A stretch of DNA of 64,000 nt from an uncultured Candidatus Bathyarchaeia archaeon (GCA_964584965.1 CAZPBM010000068.1:2660-66659); one strand, 5' to 3'. Counted from the stretch's first letter, positions 18,150-29,541 are shown. Notes: generated by a model from the letters alone, not told the origin. Numbers and translations are program-made.

Positions 18150-19766
18150 TTGTCGGAGGAATTTCCGATGCCAGCTAATGATGGAGGTTACCCTATCGTT
18201 CTCACTGCTGACCGAACCTTGATGAGTGAGTATGGCGGCGGCATTTTCTTAGGTTTTGGCGCCTGCGTTCCCATGGGTCTTATTCCTAACAAACTTTACT
18301 TTTCGTTGCTTTGCCCTCCAATTAGCGTGAATCAAGACGGTTCGGTCTATGTGGCTCCATGTGGAACACGACGAGTTGAGGCAACACTACTTAACCGCGG
18401 TTTTAGTAGGGAAGATGTAATTGTTGCCCACCCAGAGCATTTAGAAAAGGTTGTGGGTCCGAACACTAAAGTTTTGGGAATAACTGAGAATGACCCACTT
18501 GGAATTGGTCCCGCAACCTCGACTTTTACAGGAATTTTCGGTGGCAAGGCCTACATGGAGGTTAAGTTCAGAGAACTACTAAACAACCCAGCTGTTGTGA
18601 AACTCCAACCGAAGATAGTGGTTGGTGGAGCTGGAGCTTGGCAGCTTGAACCTGAGGAGATACGTAACGAGCTGGGTGTAGACTGTGTGGTCATTGGTGA
18701 AGGCGAACGGGTTGTAGCTCAAATCTTTGAGAAAGCATGCAACGGTGAGGAACTGCCAGGTGTCGTTTATGGGGAACCAGCGTCCGTTGACGAGATACCG
18801 TTGATTAGAGGGGCAACTATAAATGGCTTAGTGGAAATTGCTCGTGGATGCGGAAGAGGATGTGATTTCTGTGTTCCAACTCTCCAGTGCTACCGTTGTT
18901 TTCCCCTTGATCGCATCCTTAAGGAAGTGGACGTAAATGTAAAGGCTGGTAGACGCCCTCTTCTGCATGCTGAAGACGTTCTGAGATACGGAGCAAAAGG
19001 CATAGAAGTAAACAAGGAAGCAGTTGTCAGTCTATTTAGGTCTGTGAGGAACTATCCAGGTGTCAACGACGTTTCGATGAGCCATTTTGCGCTTGCCTCT
19101 GTCGCAAGTGCTCCTGAAGTTATCAAAGAAATATCAAACATTTTAGGAGCGGACAAGAAGCATTGGATTAGTGGACAAACAGGCATCGAAACTGGCAGCC
19201 CCGAACTGATGAAGCGGCACATGAAAGGAAAATGTAAACCGTTCAAACCTGAACAGTGGCCTCAAGTAGTTTTGAATGCGTTTGAAATCCTTTCAGAGAA
19301 TAACTGGGTTCCATGCGCAACTTTAGTAATGGGACTTCCGGAAGAAACAGAGAGAGACGCTGAATTTACGTTGTCGCTGATAGAGGAGTTAAGGCCCTTC
19401 AAGAGCTTGATTGTTCCGTTATTCTTGGTTTCTACAGGGGGATTAAAGGGCAAAGCGGAATCCTTTACTTTAGACAAGATGACACCTAAACATAGTGAAC
19501 TGTTTCTGAAGTGTTGGGAACACAACCTGGAATGGGCTCCGGTACTGGTTAAGGAGTGGGCTAACCTCAGCGTTAAAAACCCGATACTTAGGCATGGATT
19601 GAAACTAATATTGTCGTACGGGATCAAGCAGACTAAGAACCTAATTCGAATATGCCAAAGGAACTATGATTGCAACATACCGCTCATGGTTAGAGACTAC
19701 AGAGACGAAGCTATCAATGCTCAACCTTTACCGATCCGTCTCGTATACCAGGTTATAGGCCGTTGA
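18150..19766 (+). CDS. radical SAM protein with N-terminal B12-binding-like domain
   Basis: The CX3CX2C cluster motif is present as ARGCGRGCDFCVP. The N-terminal roughly 200 aa are Rossmann-like. It resembles the methanogen 'B12-binding domain/radical SAM' family from my recollection. Confidence 0.75.
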   Translation: MSEEFPMPANDGGYPIVLTADRTLMSEYGGGIFLGFGACVPMGLIPNKLYFSLLCPPISVNQDGSVYVAPCGTRRVEATLLNRGFSREDVIVAHPEHLEKVVGPNTKVLGITENDPLGIGPATSTFTGIFGGKAYMEVKFRELLNNPAVVKLQPKIVVGGAGAWQLEPEEIRNELGVDCVVIGEGERVVAQIFEKACNGEELPGVVYGEPASVDEIPLIRGATINGLVEIARGCGRGCDFCVPTLQCYRCFPLDRILKEVDVNVKAGRRPLLHAEDVLRYGAKGIEVNKEAVVSLFRSVRNYPGVNDVSMSHFALASVASAPEVIKEISNILGADKKHWISGQTGIETGSPELMKRHMKGKCKPFKPEQWPQVVLNAFEILSENNWVPCATLVMGLPEETERDAEFTLSLIEELRPFKSLIVPLFLVSTGGLKGKAESFTLDKMTPKHSELFLKCWEHNLEWAPVLVKEWANLSVKNPILRHGLKLILSYGIKQTKNLIRICQRNYDCNIPLMVRDYRDEAINAQPLPIRLVYQVIGR

Positions 19767-19973
19767 CCGAGATTAAAGAATCCTCCACTAGCTGATTATC
19801 ACATTTTAGTTGCCGGGCTTCGGCTCTTAGAAGATTTTTTTTCAGACACCTTCGCTGCCGTCTTCACTCAATGTTGAAGCGAGAAAATATATGGATATCG
19901 GGTTTTGCGGACGATTCAAATAACCATTTAAGACAAAATGAAATAGATACTAGTATTCAAAGGCGAATGTGAA

Positions 19974-22133
19974 ATGAAAAACTCAAAAGGTAGACCCGTT
20001 TATCTTGACGCTTCGCAGCCCATCGATAAGAGGATAGACGACCTATTAGCCCGAATGACGCTAGAGGAAAAGGTTGGACAAACCTGCCAGTACTCCACGT
20101 TCCAAGAGAAGGATGAAGCGCTTGTAAGGCAAGGTCTAGTTGGATCGTTTCTCAACGTAATAGGAGCTGAACAAACAAACAGAATTCAGAAGATCGTTGT
20201 AGAACAGTCACGACTTGGGATTCCACTAATATTCGGCTTAGACGTAATTCATGGTTTCAAGACTTTTTTTCCGATTCCATTGGGGATTGCAAGCACCTGG
20301 GAACCTGAATTGGCAAGGCAAACAGCCTCGGTGGCAGCAGCAGAAGCATCTTCAGAAGGCATCCGTTGGACTTTTGCACCGATGGTTGACATAGCCCGCG
20401 ACCCAAGATGGGGTAGAATCGCTGAAGGAGCAGGTGAAGACCCGTACTTGGGTTCAGCGATGGCAAGGGCTTATGTGAAAGGGTTCCAAGGTAATGACCT
20501 TTCTAAGCCAGGCACCTTGGTTGCTTGTGCCAAGCATTATGTCGCTTATGGTGGAGCTGAGGGTGGAAGAGACTACAACACGGTAGATGTTTCTGAAAGG
20601 ACTCTGAGGGACGTTTATTTGCCGCCTTTTGAGGCTGCGGTGAAGGCTGGGGTAGGGACATTAATGAGTGCATTCAACGACTTGGGTGGTGTTCCTGCTT
20701 CGTGTAACAGTTTCACTCTTACGTCAATTTTGCGGGGTGAGTGGGGGTTCGAAGGCTTCGTCGTTAGTGACTGGAACTCGATACGCGAGCTCATCAACCA
20801 TGGTGTTGCAGCTACGCAATCTGAGGCTGCGAAGAAGGCTCTTGAGGCAGGCGTTGACATGGACATGGTTGGGAACGTTTATCAGACTTGCCTCGTACAA
20901 CTCGTTAAAGCCGGAGAGGTTTCAGAGAAAACTTTGGACACCGCTGTGAGACGCATTCTTAGAATTAAGTTTGAACTGGGGCTTTTTGAACATCCCTATG
21001 TTGAGCTTGGAATGTCAAGTAGGATTATTAAAAGAAAAGAACATTTAGATCTTGCACTTGAGGCAGCTCGAAAATCGATGGTTTTATTGAAAAACGAAGG
21101 GAACCTTCTTCCCTTGAAAAAAGACCTGGAAAAAATAGCTATCATAGGTCCCTTGGCTGATAATCAGCCTGACCTTCTTGGATGCTGGTCGTTCACGGGA
21201 GAACCTGAAGACGTGGTCACAGTTCTTGAGGGCATAAAACGTAAGGTGTCTCCGAAAACGAGGATTCTTTATTCAAAGGGATGTGATCTCGAGGGAACAG
21301 CGAAGATGGAATTCGAAGACGCAACCAAGAAGGCTAAAGAGGTAGACGTCGCTGTTCTAGTTGTTGGCGAAGGCAGATTCATAACGGGTGAAGCATCCAG
21401 CCGGTCGACTCTTGACATGCCAGGTGTCCAAGATGAACTGATAAAAACGATTTTTGAAACAGGCGTGCCTTTAATTATGGTTTTAGTTAACGGGAGACCA
21501 TTATCGATTTCTTGGGCTGCTGAACATGTGCCTGCGATTTTGGAGGCTTGGCATCCTGGAATTCAGGGAGGAAATGCTGTTGCTGATATATTGTTCGGAG
21601 ACTATAATCCAGCTGGTAGGCTGCCAGTTACGTTTCCTCGGACGGTGGGGCAGGTGCCCATATACTATAACTGCAAGAACACTGGTAGGCCTGCGTCCAG
21701 CGAAAGGTGGACTACGAAGTACATTGATTTGCCTGTAACGCCGCTGTTTCCGTTTGGTCATGGATTAAGCTACACAAATTTCGAGTACAGCAACCTTCGG
21801 ATCAACCCAGAGACAATCAGAGTAAATGGAAAAGTCAAGGTTATGGTTGATGTCCAGAATGTTGGTGCCATAAAAGGAGACGAAGTTGTCCAACTTTACA
21901 TCCGAGACATAGTGGGCAGCGTAACCAGACCAGTTAAGGAACTCAAAGGATTCAAAAGAATAACCTTAGAGCCAGGTGAAAAGAGAACAGTTGAGTTCAC
22001 GCTCGAACCAGAGGAGTTGTCATTCACTAACATTGATATGAAACGTGTTGTGGAACCTGGAACAATAGACGTCATGATAGGCAAATCGTCAGAAGTCATT
22101 CAGCTAAGAGGCAAACTCGAAATAGTCCCATGA
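19974..22133 (+). CDS. glycoside hydrolase family 3 beta-glucosidase (BglX-like)
   Basis: The ORF contains DVIHGF, RDPRWGR, KHYVAYG and GFVVSDW (the nucleophile Asp context), plus a C-terminal FnIII-like domain (ELKGFKRITLEPGE). Confidence 0.9.
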   Translation: MKNSKGRPVYLDASQPIDKRIDDLLARMTLEEKVGQTCQYSTFQEKDEALVRQGLVGSFLNVIGAEQTNRIQKIVVEQSRLGIPLIFGLDVIHGFKTFFPIPLGIASTWEPELARQTASVAAAEASSEGIRWTFAPMVDIARDPRWGRIAEGAGEDPYLGSAMARAYVKGFQGNDLSKPGTLVACAKHYVAYGGAEGGRDYNTVDVSERTLRDVYLPPFEAAVKAGVGTLMSAFNDLGGVPASCNSFTLTSILRGEWGFEGFVVSDWNSIRELINHGVAATQSEAAKKALEAGVDMDMVGNVYQTCLVQLVKAGEVSEKTLDTAVRRILRIKFELGLFEHPYVELGMSSRIIKRKEHLDLALEAARKSMVLLKNEGNLLPLKKDLEKIAIIGPLADNQPDLLGCWSFTGEPEDVVTVLEGIKRKVSPKTRILYSKGCDLEGTAKMEFEDATKKAKEVDVAVLVVGEGRFITGEASSRSTLDMPGVQDELIKTIFETGVPLIMVLVNGRPLSISWAAEHVPAILEAWHPGIQGGNAVADILFGDYNPAGRLPVTFPRTVGQVPIYYNCKNTGRPASSERWTTKYIDLPVTPLFPFGHGLSYTNFEYSNLRINPETIRVNGKVKVMVDVQNVGAIKGDEVVQLYIRDIVGSVTRPVKELKGFKRITLEPGEKRTVEFTLEPEELSFTNIDMKRVVEPGTIDVMIGKSSEVIQLRGKLEIVP

Positions 22134-22212
22134 AGACACGATCATCAAAAGAAACAATCGCTTGTAGATACTCTTGGTCAATTGCGTTGTTAGCCTAAGA
22201 AAAATCACATTT

Positions 22213-22698
22213 TCAGACGATAAATCGGCTTTCTTTTTCTTTTCTGCTGATTAGTTCAAGGATTTGCCTTTGCACTTCTTCAGGGTTTGGTACCGCTATC
22301 GTCGTTGGGAAGGCTCCCCAGCTGGCACCGTAGTATCCATAATATTTGGGAACAGCCCTAATCTCCTTCACCACCAAACCTGTTACGCCGCAAAGTCTTT
22401 CCCATAATTTTCTGCTTATTGTTACGTCAGATATTCTTTCCAGTGGTACACTTGTTACGCTGTAGCCTATGACCCCATGTCTCCATATTACCCGTTTATC
22501 CGTGACCCAATAGTGATGCTTTTTAAATGTTAAGTTGGTAAGTATTAACGTTAAAGCGACGGAAACAGCAGCAAGAACAAGGTACGAGATGGCATACGTT
22601 ACAAGCAGCGGACCCACGCTTACCTCAGAGACTGGAGACCCGCCCATTGCTAAATATAATGTCATTACAATTACAACGTTGAGCAAGGCTATGAACAC
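22213..22698 (-). CDS. membrane protein with bacterial PH (bPH_2/YdbS-like) domain
   Basis: Two N-terminal TM helices are followed by HYWVTDKRVIWRHGVIGYSVTSVPLERISDVTISRKLWERL. Confidence 0.55.
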   Translation of the reverse strand: MFIALLNVVIVMTLYLAMGGSPVSEVSVGPLLVTYAISYLVLAAVSVALTLILTNLTFKKHHYWVTDKRVIWRHGVIGYSVTSVPLERISDVTISRKLWERLCGVTGLVVKEIRAVPKYYGYYGASWGAFPTTIAVPNPEEVQRQILELISRKEKESRFIV

Positions 22699-23263
22699 GA
22701 GAGCTGAGGCAATAGATCTGACAGCGACCTACATCTTGAAACGAGGTGTCGGCGTGATATCCAAAACCAGACATTCTCCTTCGAGCAGTCATAATTCGGA
22801 CACAACTTATCCCCATTTTACTATACTTGCAGTGAATAATAATTTTTATCGCGTTTGCACGCATGCCAGTCCACGAATCAAAATATTGTAGATTGTATAC
22901 TTGTTATTTTCATGCCCCGCAAAATATGTCGTTATACAGAAGCTTTACAATTATTCGTTTCCAGCCTTTTTTAATCAAGAACTTTATTGTTTCTGTCTTT
23001 TGGCTATTAGGGTCTTTTGTATTCTTCATAGCGTTTATACCACAACCTCTCATACTGGTCATGGGGTACAACTCTACCTCTTAAGTTAGCTATCGTTCGG
23101 ATTCCTTCTTTTTGTACCATCTGACGCAGATTTTGTATGCGACCCAGCCGAGTTCCTCGTCCTCCCAATACACTGGAACCTCGGAAAAAACATGAAGAAG
23201 ACCGCAATGAAAATTTTCTGCAAAACCTTAAGTGAGGTGCCATTCCTTATTTTACGTAATTTA

Positions 23264-24337
23264 ATGTTCGGAGAGAATGGCGTGTTAAGAATAGGTATTA
23301 TTGGCACAGGCGGCATGGGTAACCACCATGCAAGTGAGTTTACAAAGATGAAGGACGTAAAAATCGTGGCTTGCTGCGATATCTCTGAACAAAGGCGCAA
23401 GGCTTTTGCAGAAAAATGGAAGGTTCCAGCAGTGTATGCGGACTACTGTGAAATGCTGGAAAAAGAGGAGCTGGATGGTGTCGCCGTCGTAACCGTTGAT
23501 GCGATGCACGCGCCGATTTCAATCGCTGCAATCGAGGAGGGTATTCCAGTTTTATGCGAAAAACCTATGGCGACTAACCTAGGCGACGCGAAGTGCATGC
23601 TTGATGCTGCGAAGAGGCATGGAGTTGTCAACATGATTAACTTCTCTTACCGTAGCTCAAGCGGGCTGCAGGCAGCAGCAAAGCTTGTTAGCCAAGGTAA
23701 GATTGGCAACATCAAACATGTGGAATCCAGCTATCTTCAAAGTTGGCTTGTAAGCCGTTCGTGGGGAGACTGGCGGACGTCAGAAGGTTGGCTTTGGCGC
23801 CTGTCAACGAAGCATGGAAGCATGGGCGCCCTGGGGGACATCGGAGTACACATATATGACCTTACTAGCTTCCTCTGCGGCGATTTTGCGCAGATTTACT
23901 GTAAACTAAAAACCTTTGACAAGGGAGTGCCGGAAAACCGAATTGGCGAATACGTTTTAGATGCCAACGACAGCTTTGTCTCAGCAGTCATTTTCAAGAA
24001 CGGCGCCCTTGGAACAATTACGGCGTCTAGGTGGGCAACGGGGCAGATCAACAGCCTAAGAGCTCGCGTCTATGGTGATAAGGGCGCAGTTGAAATTGAT
24101 TTGGACAGAGCGTATGACGAGTACCGAATATGTACGGGTCAAAGGAACATTGACAAGGCAATCTGGAAAACCGTAAAGTGTCCTCGTGCACCGAATAATT
24201 ACGAAAGATTCATAAAGGCTATCAAAACTGGCAAAAACGACCCTTCAGACTTCGCTAATGGCGTGAAGATTCAAGCCTATCTTGAAGGCAGCTTCGAATC
24301 TGACAGGCTTGGCGGATGGGTCAACATCGAATTATGA
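23264..24337 (+). CDS. Gfo/Idh/MocA-family NAD(P)-dependent oxidoreductase
   Basis: The ORF contains LRIGIIGTGGMGNHH...VLCEKPMA. I prefer ATG 23264 to the longer 23192 ORF. Confidence 0.8.
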   Translation: MFGENGVLRIGIIGTGGMGNHHASEFTKMKDVKIVACCDISEQRRKAFAEKWKVPAVYADYCEMLEKEELDGVAVVTVDAMHAPISIAAIEEGIPVLCEKPMATNLGDAKCMLDAAKRHGVVNMINFSYRSSSGLQAAAKLVSQGKIGNIKHVESSYLQSWLVSRSWGDWRTSEGWLWRLSTKHGSMGALGDIGVHIYDLTSFLCGDFAQIYCKLKTFDKGVPENRIGEYVLDANDSFVSAVIFKNGALGTITASRWATGQINSLRARVYGDKGAVEIDLDRAYDEYRICTGQRNIDKAIWKTVKCPRAPNNYERFIKAIKTGKNDPSDFANGVKIQAYLEGSFESDRLGGWVNIEL

Positions 24338-24730
24338 ATTGTCCGTAACATCTAGCTAAGCAACCTTAATAGGAATTGATGGCAATAGAATGAATCCAAG
24401 TTTCATACCATATGTGGAAAACTTGTCTTTTTTTCAGTTTTTCCTTTCTTCTTTTAAATGTTTCAGCATCGGGGATTCTTGTAGATTGCAATAGAAAACT
24501 GTTTTGTAAATTATGTTGTTTTATTTCGGGCTATTACTCTTCATGTGCCATGTCGCCAGCTTGGTTGCATACACTATACACAGGACGGAATGTTATTAAT
24601 CAGATTTAACTTGGCTCATAGAGGGTCACGTACACTTCAGAGGACTTTAAGGTTGCCGACTCACAAATCATATATGAATGATATGTTGGTTATTCGTAAC
24701 TCGTAAGAATTTTGAAGAGATGAATGAGTT

Positions 24731-27348
24731 TTGATAGGTTTAGCAGTCGAATGGAAGAAGGCTAAGCCTCAAGGTCAAGTGGAAATTGTTAATGGCGAAC
24801 TAGAAAGGATAAGCATATCGAACGGTGTTGGTTCCGTTAATGGTAGACGCTTCACATTTACTTCTCAAGGAACATGCAGGCTGGAAATATTTTTGAAACA
24901 GTACACGGTTAATTCAGGATCAGGAAGCACGATAATTTGTGTTCGAACAGCAATAAATCCTTTCAGCTTTTTCCTTAGAGATATCAGCAAAGAGTACCCA
25001 ATTTTGATTCCACGTTACGGAGTGGTGATTACAGAAATCAGTGATATGCACACGTATAGGCAGATCGAGGAGGCTGTTCTCAGGCGAGGTTTACGAACTA
25101 ATCTTCAGCAAATTGAAAAAGAAAAAGAAGAGAACTTTGCAAATGCTGCGGCAAAAACGCGTAAGCTTACATCTCCAACGTGGCTAGGACTTAGCAGAGA
25201 TATGAGAATATTCGAAGTCGATTTTGGATCTATTGGATACCAGTTATATTGTGTCCGACCACGATTCGCAGGTGAGTATGTCCAGATTCAAGAAACTAAC
25301 AATTCCTCTGTTTCATATCATTTTTTTATTGGACGTGGCATAGGTTGCGTTGAAAATGTTTCCCGAAGATTGGAAGAAGGCGTATTGCCCATTCTTACTG
25401 GGACAGTTTCTGATGATGGAGTCATCTACGAATTTAAGGCATTTGTAACACTAGAGAAGAGAACCCTTACCCCTGAAAATCTCCATGGCACACACTTCTT
25501 AGTGGCAGACCGATACACTGTAGGCCATGTATTTACAGCAGAGCAGGAACACGAGCTTCAATTGGCTCTTTCAGAGAAGACAAACGAAGAAGAAACCGTG
25601 CTTTTCATTCGTATTAAGGCTAGAAACATAGATCTTGTGCCACGTTATGCTTGGTTCAAAAGCGCATTTCCTAGATCAGAGCGCCCCGTTAAGTGGACGT
25701 TTGATGGAACAACTGGGTTGGGAGCATATTCAAGCGGGCGGGTATTCTGCATCTCAAAAATGAACGAGAAGCCGATGGCTCAAGAAGAAATAGCTGTTTT
25801 ACTTAAGCCCAGTCAAGAAGTCACATTTGACCTCTATATTCCTCATTGCCCGCTGTCTCAGGAACGAGCCTTAAAACTTGCAAGCCAGAAGTTCGAAGAT
25901 CGATATGTTGAATGCCGAAAGTTCTGGAAACAAAAGCTTAAATCGTGTGCGAGAATTAAACTGCCCGAGAAAAGAATTGAGGAGATGGTTCAAGCTGGAT
26001 TATTGCACCTCGATCTTGTTGCTTATGGGCTTGAACCCGATGGCACAGTTGCACCCACAATCGGCATCTACAGCCCAATAGGTTCAGAGAGTGCTCCTAT
26101 CATACAATTTTTCGATTCCATGGGTTGGCACGAGCTGGCAAGAAGATCAATAAGATATTTTCTGGATAAACAGCACAAAGACGGCTTTATTCAAAACTTT
26201 GACGAATACATGTTAGAAACGGGAGCGGCTCTATGGGTCATTGGAGAACATTACCGTTACACACATGACATCGAGTTTGCAAGACACATTGCACCAAAAT
26301 TACTAAAGTCCTGCAAGTACATCATCAAATGGAGAGAACGCAATAAGAAGGAAGAACTACGTGATAAAGGGTATGGAATGATTGATGGCAAGGTTGCAGA
26401 TCCACCAGACCCTTACCATCAATTTATGCTAAATGGCTACGCTTATCTTGGCATAAGCCGCGCGGCAGAAGTCTTCTCGATACTAGATGCCAAACAATCT
26501 AGGAGATTGTTACGGGAGGCGGAAGAAATGAAGAAGGATATTCGGAACGCCTTGTTTGAAGCACTTGCTGAATCACCTGTTGTCCCGCTTGGAGATGGAA
26601 CATGGTGTCCAACGCTTCCACCATGGGCGGAAACGAGAGGCCTAGTCTCCCTTTACATAGAAAAAGGACAAAAGTTCTCTCATCTCACCTTCTTTTGTAG
26701 AGATTCACTTCTAGGTCCACTACACTTATAGCTTTTCAAGAAGTACTTGATCCAAAAGAGGACATGACGGGAATATTGATAGACTATTATACCGAGATTA
26801 TGCACGTACGTAATGTCGCCTTAAGTCAACCATACTATTCCCCCCATCCTTGGATTCATCTTCGACGTAACGAAACTAAGGCCTTCCTTAAGGCATACTA
26901 CAACGCATTCGCAAGCTTAGCAGACAGGGAAACCTACAGTTTTTGGGAGCATTACCCAGGCACCGGCAGTCCCCATAAAATGCATGAGGAAGGCTGGTTT
27001 CTTATGCAAACCCGCTGGATGCTTTGGATGGAGGAAGGCAATTCTCTTAAACTGCTTTCAGGAATCCCTAGAAGATGGATGAAAAACAATAAAATTGTGG
27101 AACTTGACAATGTTGCAAGTTACTTCGGTCCATTATACTTGAATGTTGAATCAAAGGTAAGTGAAGGACGAATTGAGGCAAAGATTAGATGCACAACGGA
27201 ACGTAGACCAAAAACTGTTGAACTGCGCTTGCCTCATCCTGAAGGTAAGAAAGCAATAGGAATCAACTATGGAATCTACGATCCGAGCACAGAAACGGTT
27301 AAGATAGAACCTTTTAAGGGCTATGCAGATGTTGTTCTTGAATTCTAA
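24731..27348 (+). pseudogene. large glycoside-hydrolase-like protein (putative six-hairpin/alpha-alpha toroid), split by a single-base frameshift near 26726-26731
   Basis: The 666 aa and 194 aa ORFs join as ...LLGPLHL|IAFQEVLDPKEDMTGILIDYY if the reading frame slips by 1 nt. The second frame is open from 26701. Regions such as DKQHKDGFIQNF...GAALWVIGEHYRYTHD...GYGMIDGKVADPPDP...NGYAYLG resemble (alpha/alpha)6 glycosidases. The family is not identified. The start is TTG. Confidence 0.45.
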
Positions 27349-27752
27349 TAAGGATGAAAAAAATCAACCATAACACACGGGAAGTATTAACTCCTTAATT
27401 TCAGCACATTGCAAAAGTTGTAATCATGCACCTGCTTCAGTAAAAACCAATAATAGTGTTTTACGGCTTACAAATTAAAAAAATGTATTATATATCGTCC
27501 CATGCCATCAAACACTGGTAAAACCAAAGCTATTTCGACCAGCAAGTTTTATTTAGATTAAGTGTCGTTTTCTGCCTTTCGTAACAATTAACTTGTCCCA
27601 GGACCTTTTCAACAAAAAGACATGTGATGAATGCAGTATCTTTCCTTATCTTTTCAATATGAAATGTGGCTCACTCAATTTAATGGTCGAAATGCTTATG
27701 TGCAGGCTCACCGTCCAATTACAAGGTTAACGAATAATCAGATGTGATTTTC

Positions 27753-28550
27753 ATGAGCCTCATTGGAAAAGCAATACGTCTTGAAAGGATCATGAACCGC
27801 GAAACCAAGAGAACAATCATTGTTCCAATGGACCATGGCGTAACAATTGGTCCAGTTCACGGCTTATTGAACATGGCTGATATGGTAAACAAGGTCGCTG
27901 AAGGCGGTGCAAACGCTGTCCTCGGACACATCGGTTTACCCCTCTACGGTCACCGAAGATATGGAAGAGACATCGGGTTAATCTTGCACCTCATGGGAAG
28001 CTCCATTCTAAGTCCAGATCCGAACAACAAGGTGCTGGTGATGACTGTGGAGGAGGCTATGGTCATCGGTGCCGACGCAGTTAGCCTTCACATCAACGTT
28101 GGCGCTGACAATGACGCTGAGATGCTTAAGGTTCTCGGCGAGGTTTCAAGGCAGTGCTTAAGATGGGGGATGCCTTTGGTTGCAATGATGTATCCTCGGG
28201 GAAGAAAGGTTAAGTCAGAACACGACGTGGAAGCTGTGAAGCTGGCGGCAAGAATAGGTGCTGAGCTCGGAGCAGACATAGTCAAGACGAACTATACTGG
28301 AGACATAGACAGTTTCCGCGAAGTCGTAAAAGGCTGTCCAAGCCCCGTGGTGATTGCAGGAGGCCCAAAAGCTGAAACCCAGGAAGACGTTCTTCAAATG
28401 GCGTGGGAAGCAGTTCAAGCTGGCTCTGCTGGAGTCTCAATAGGTAGAAATGTTTTCCAAGCTCCTAACCCGACAAAAATGGTTAGAGCGTTGTACAGAA
28501 TTGTCCACGAAAACTGGACCGTAAACGAAGCCAAAAAAGAGTTAAAGTAA
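27753..28550 (+). CDS. ADH synthase (AroA') / archaeal class I fructose-bisphosphate aldolase (DhnA family)
   Basis: The protein is close in pattern to the M. jannaschii MJ0400-type sequence as I recall it: RLERI.NRE...[64 protein letters not shown] cannot decide between the ADHS and FBA functions. Confidence 0.8.
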   Translation: MSLIGKAIRLERIMNRETKRTIIVPMDHGVTIGPVHGLLNMADMVNKVAEGGANAVLGHIGLPLYGHRRYGRDIGLILHLMGSSILSPDPNNKVLVMTVEEAMVIGADAVSLHINVGADNDAEMLKVLGEVSRQCLRWGMPLVAMMYPRGRKVKSEHDVEAVKLAARIGAELGADIVKTNYTGDIDSFREVVKGCPSPVVIAGGPKAETQEDVLQMAWEAVQAGSAGVSIGRNVFQAPNPTKMVRALYRIVHENWTVNEAKKELK

Positions 28551-28562
28551 GAAGGGGTTTCT

Positions 28563-29003
28563 CTAACTTTCTCTAGAGTAGTACTGGGGCATCCACAAAT
28601 ACTTTAGGATGTTTCGCCTTTCGTCGTCCAAGTACTTTTCAAGATTTCGAGAAACGTCTGCAGCTGTTAGGACACCGTAAAGAGTGTTTTCTCTAACTAC
28701 GGCTAGCCTTCTGATTTTGTGTTCCTTCATTGCCTTTGCTGCTTCTTGTAGGTCTGCATCTGGGTCTATTGTAACCAAAGGTGCCGACATAACTTCAGAA
28801 ACCTTCACTTTCTTTGGATCTAGTCCTTCTCCTGCAACCTTCCATGTGACGTCTCGTTCGGTTATTATGCCAAAGGGTTTTCCCAGCCTCAAAATGATGG
28901 CACATCCCTCACCCTTCATTCGCATGTTTTGGGAGGCTTCAGCAACGGAAACCCCTTCGTCGACGATAACAATGTTTTTTCTCATCGCTTCACAGACTCT
29001 CAA
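28563..29003 (-). CDS. CBS-domain pair protein
   Basis: Two CBS repeats are present: VSVAEASQNMRMKGEGCAIIL...GIITERDV and ADLQEAAKAMKEHKIRRLAVV...GVLTAADV. Confidence 0.8.
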   Translation of the reverse strand: MRVCEAMRKNIVIVDEGVSVAEASQNMRMKGEGCAIILRLGKPFGIITERDVTWKVAGEGLDPKKVKVSEVMSAPLVTIDPDADLQEAAKAMKEHKIRRLAVVRENTLYGVLTAADVSRNLEKYLDDERRNILKYLWMPQYYSRES

Positions 29004-29172
29004 AGGCTCTGCCTCACAATATTCTAAAATTACTCAAGATAATTTTATTTTGTCTCAAAAGTTAAAGGTATCTCTTGTTAAACTGCATTTCGTAACAAAA
29101 GGTAAAGAGATTCTCACTAAAAGTCTTTTATTTTCAGTATTCGTTCTGAGATGCCAAAAAGAGGTACAAGGA

Positions 29173-29499
29173 ATGATAGGCGCAATAATTTTTGTTGTTG
29201 TGTTCTTAGTGGTTCTCGGCATTTCCCTCGGCATGACATGGCTGCCTCCTGGCTACATGATCTTTGAAATTCTGAACATTCCAGCAGTCGACTATCCCGT
29301 TCTTGGAATCCCAGCGTGGTTGTTAATCATCGGAATAGTCAACGGCGTAGTTTACGGCTTCGTAATCTGGCTTATCTACACCGTGGTTGCTGCAGCGACT
29401 GGAAAAGGCAAGAAAGGCCAACAAATTTCGCAAACAGTAAATGTCCAAGTTGGAGATAGGCAAGTCCCGCCTGGGACATACGAGCCTAGACCACAATAA
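29173..29499 (+). CDS. small membrane protein (3 predicted TM helices), hypothetical
   Basis: Only the ATG-initiated C-terminal third of the 271 aa track ORF is plausible. The upstream part is antisense to the CBS gene. The hydrophobic segments are IIFVVVFLVVLGISLG, LGIPAWLLIIGIVNGVVYGFVIWLIYTVV. Confidence 0.45.
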   Translation: MIGAIIFVVVFLVVLGISLGMTWLPPGYMIFEILNIPAVDYPVLGIPAWLLIIGIVNGVVYGFVIWLIYTVVAAATGKGKKGQQISQTVNVQVGDRQVPPGTYEPRPQ

Positions 29500-29541
29500 C
29501 AAAAGACAATGTATATATAAAAAAAGGGAAACACGTGGAGG

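Noticed and set aside
22535-23400. A cluster of overlapping 60-118 aa ORFs in the 22.7-23.2 kb gap.
   Set aside because: They are mutually overlapping and in different frames. They have odd compositions and no motifs. The region is more likely a roughly 500-nt promoter or spacer region upstream of the oxidoreductase gene.
26726-26731. Programmed -1 ribosomal frameshifting at the GH-like gene junction.
   Set aside because: There is no X-XXY-YYZ slippery heptamer and no evident downstream stem-loop or pseudoknot. Two other genes in the window also carry simple 1-nt indels, which favours mutation or assembly error.
28684-29172. The N-terminal two-thirds of the 271 aa plus-strand ORF.
   Set aside because: It is entirely antisense to the well-supported CBS-domain gene. 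Only the ATG-initiated hydrophobic tail (29173-29499) lies in otherwise non-coding sequence.
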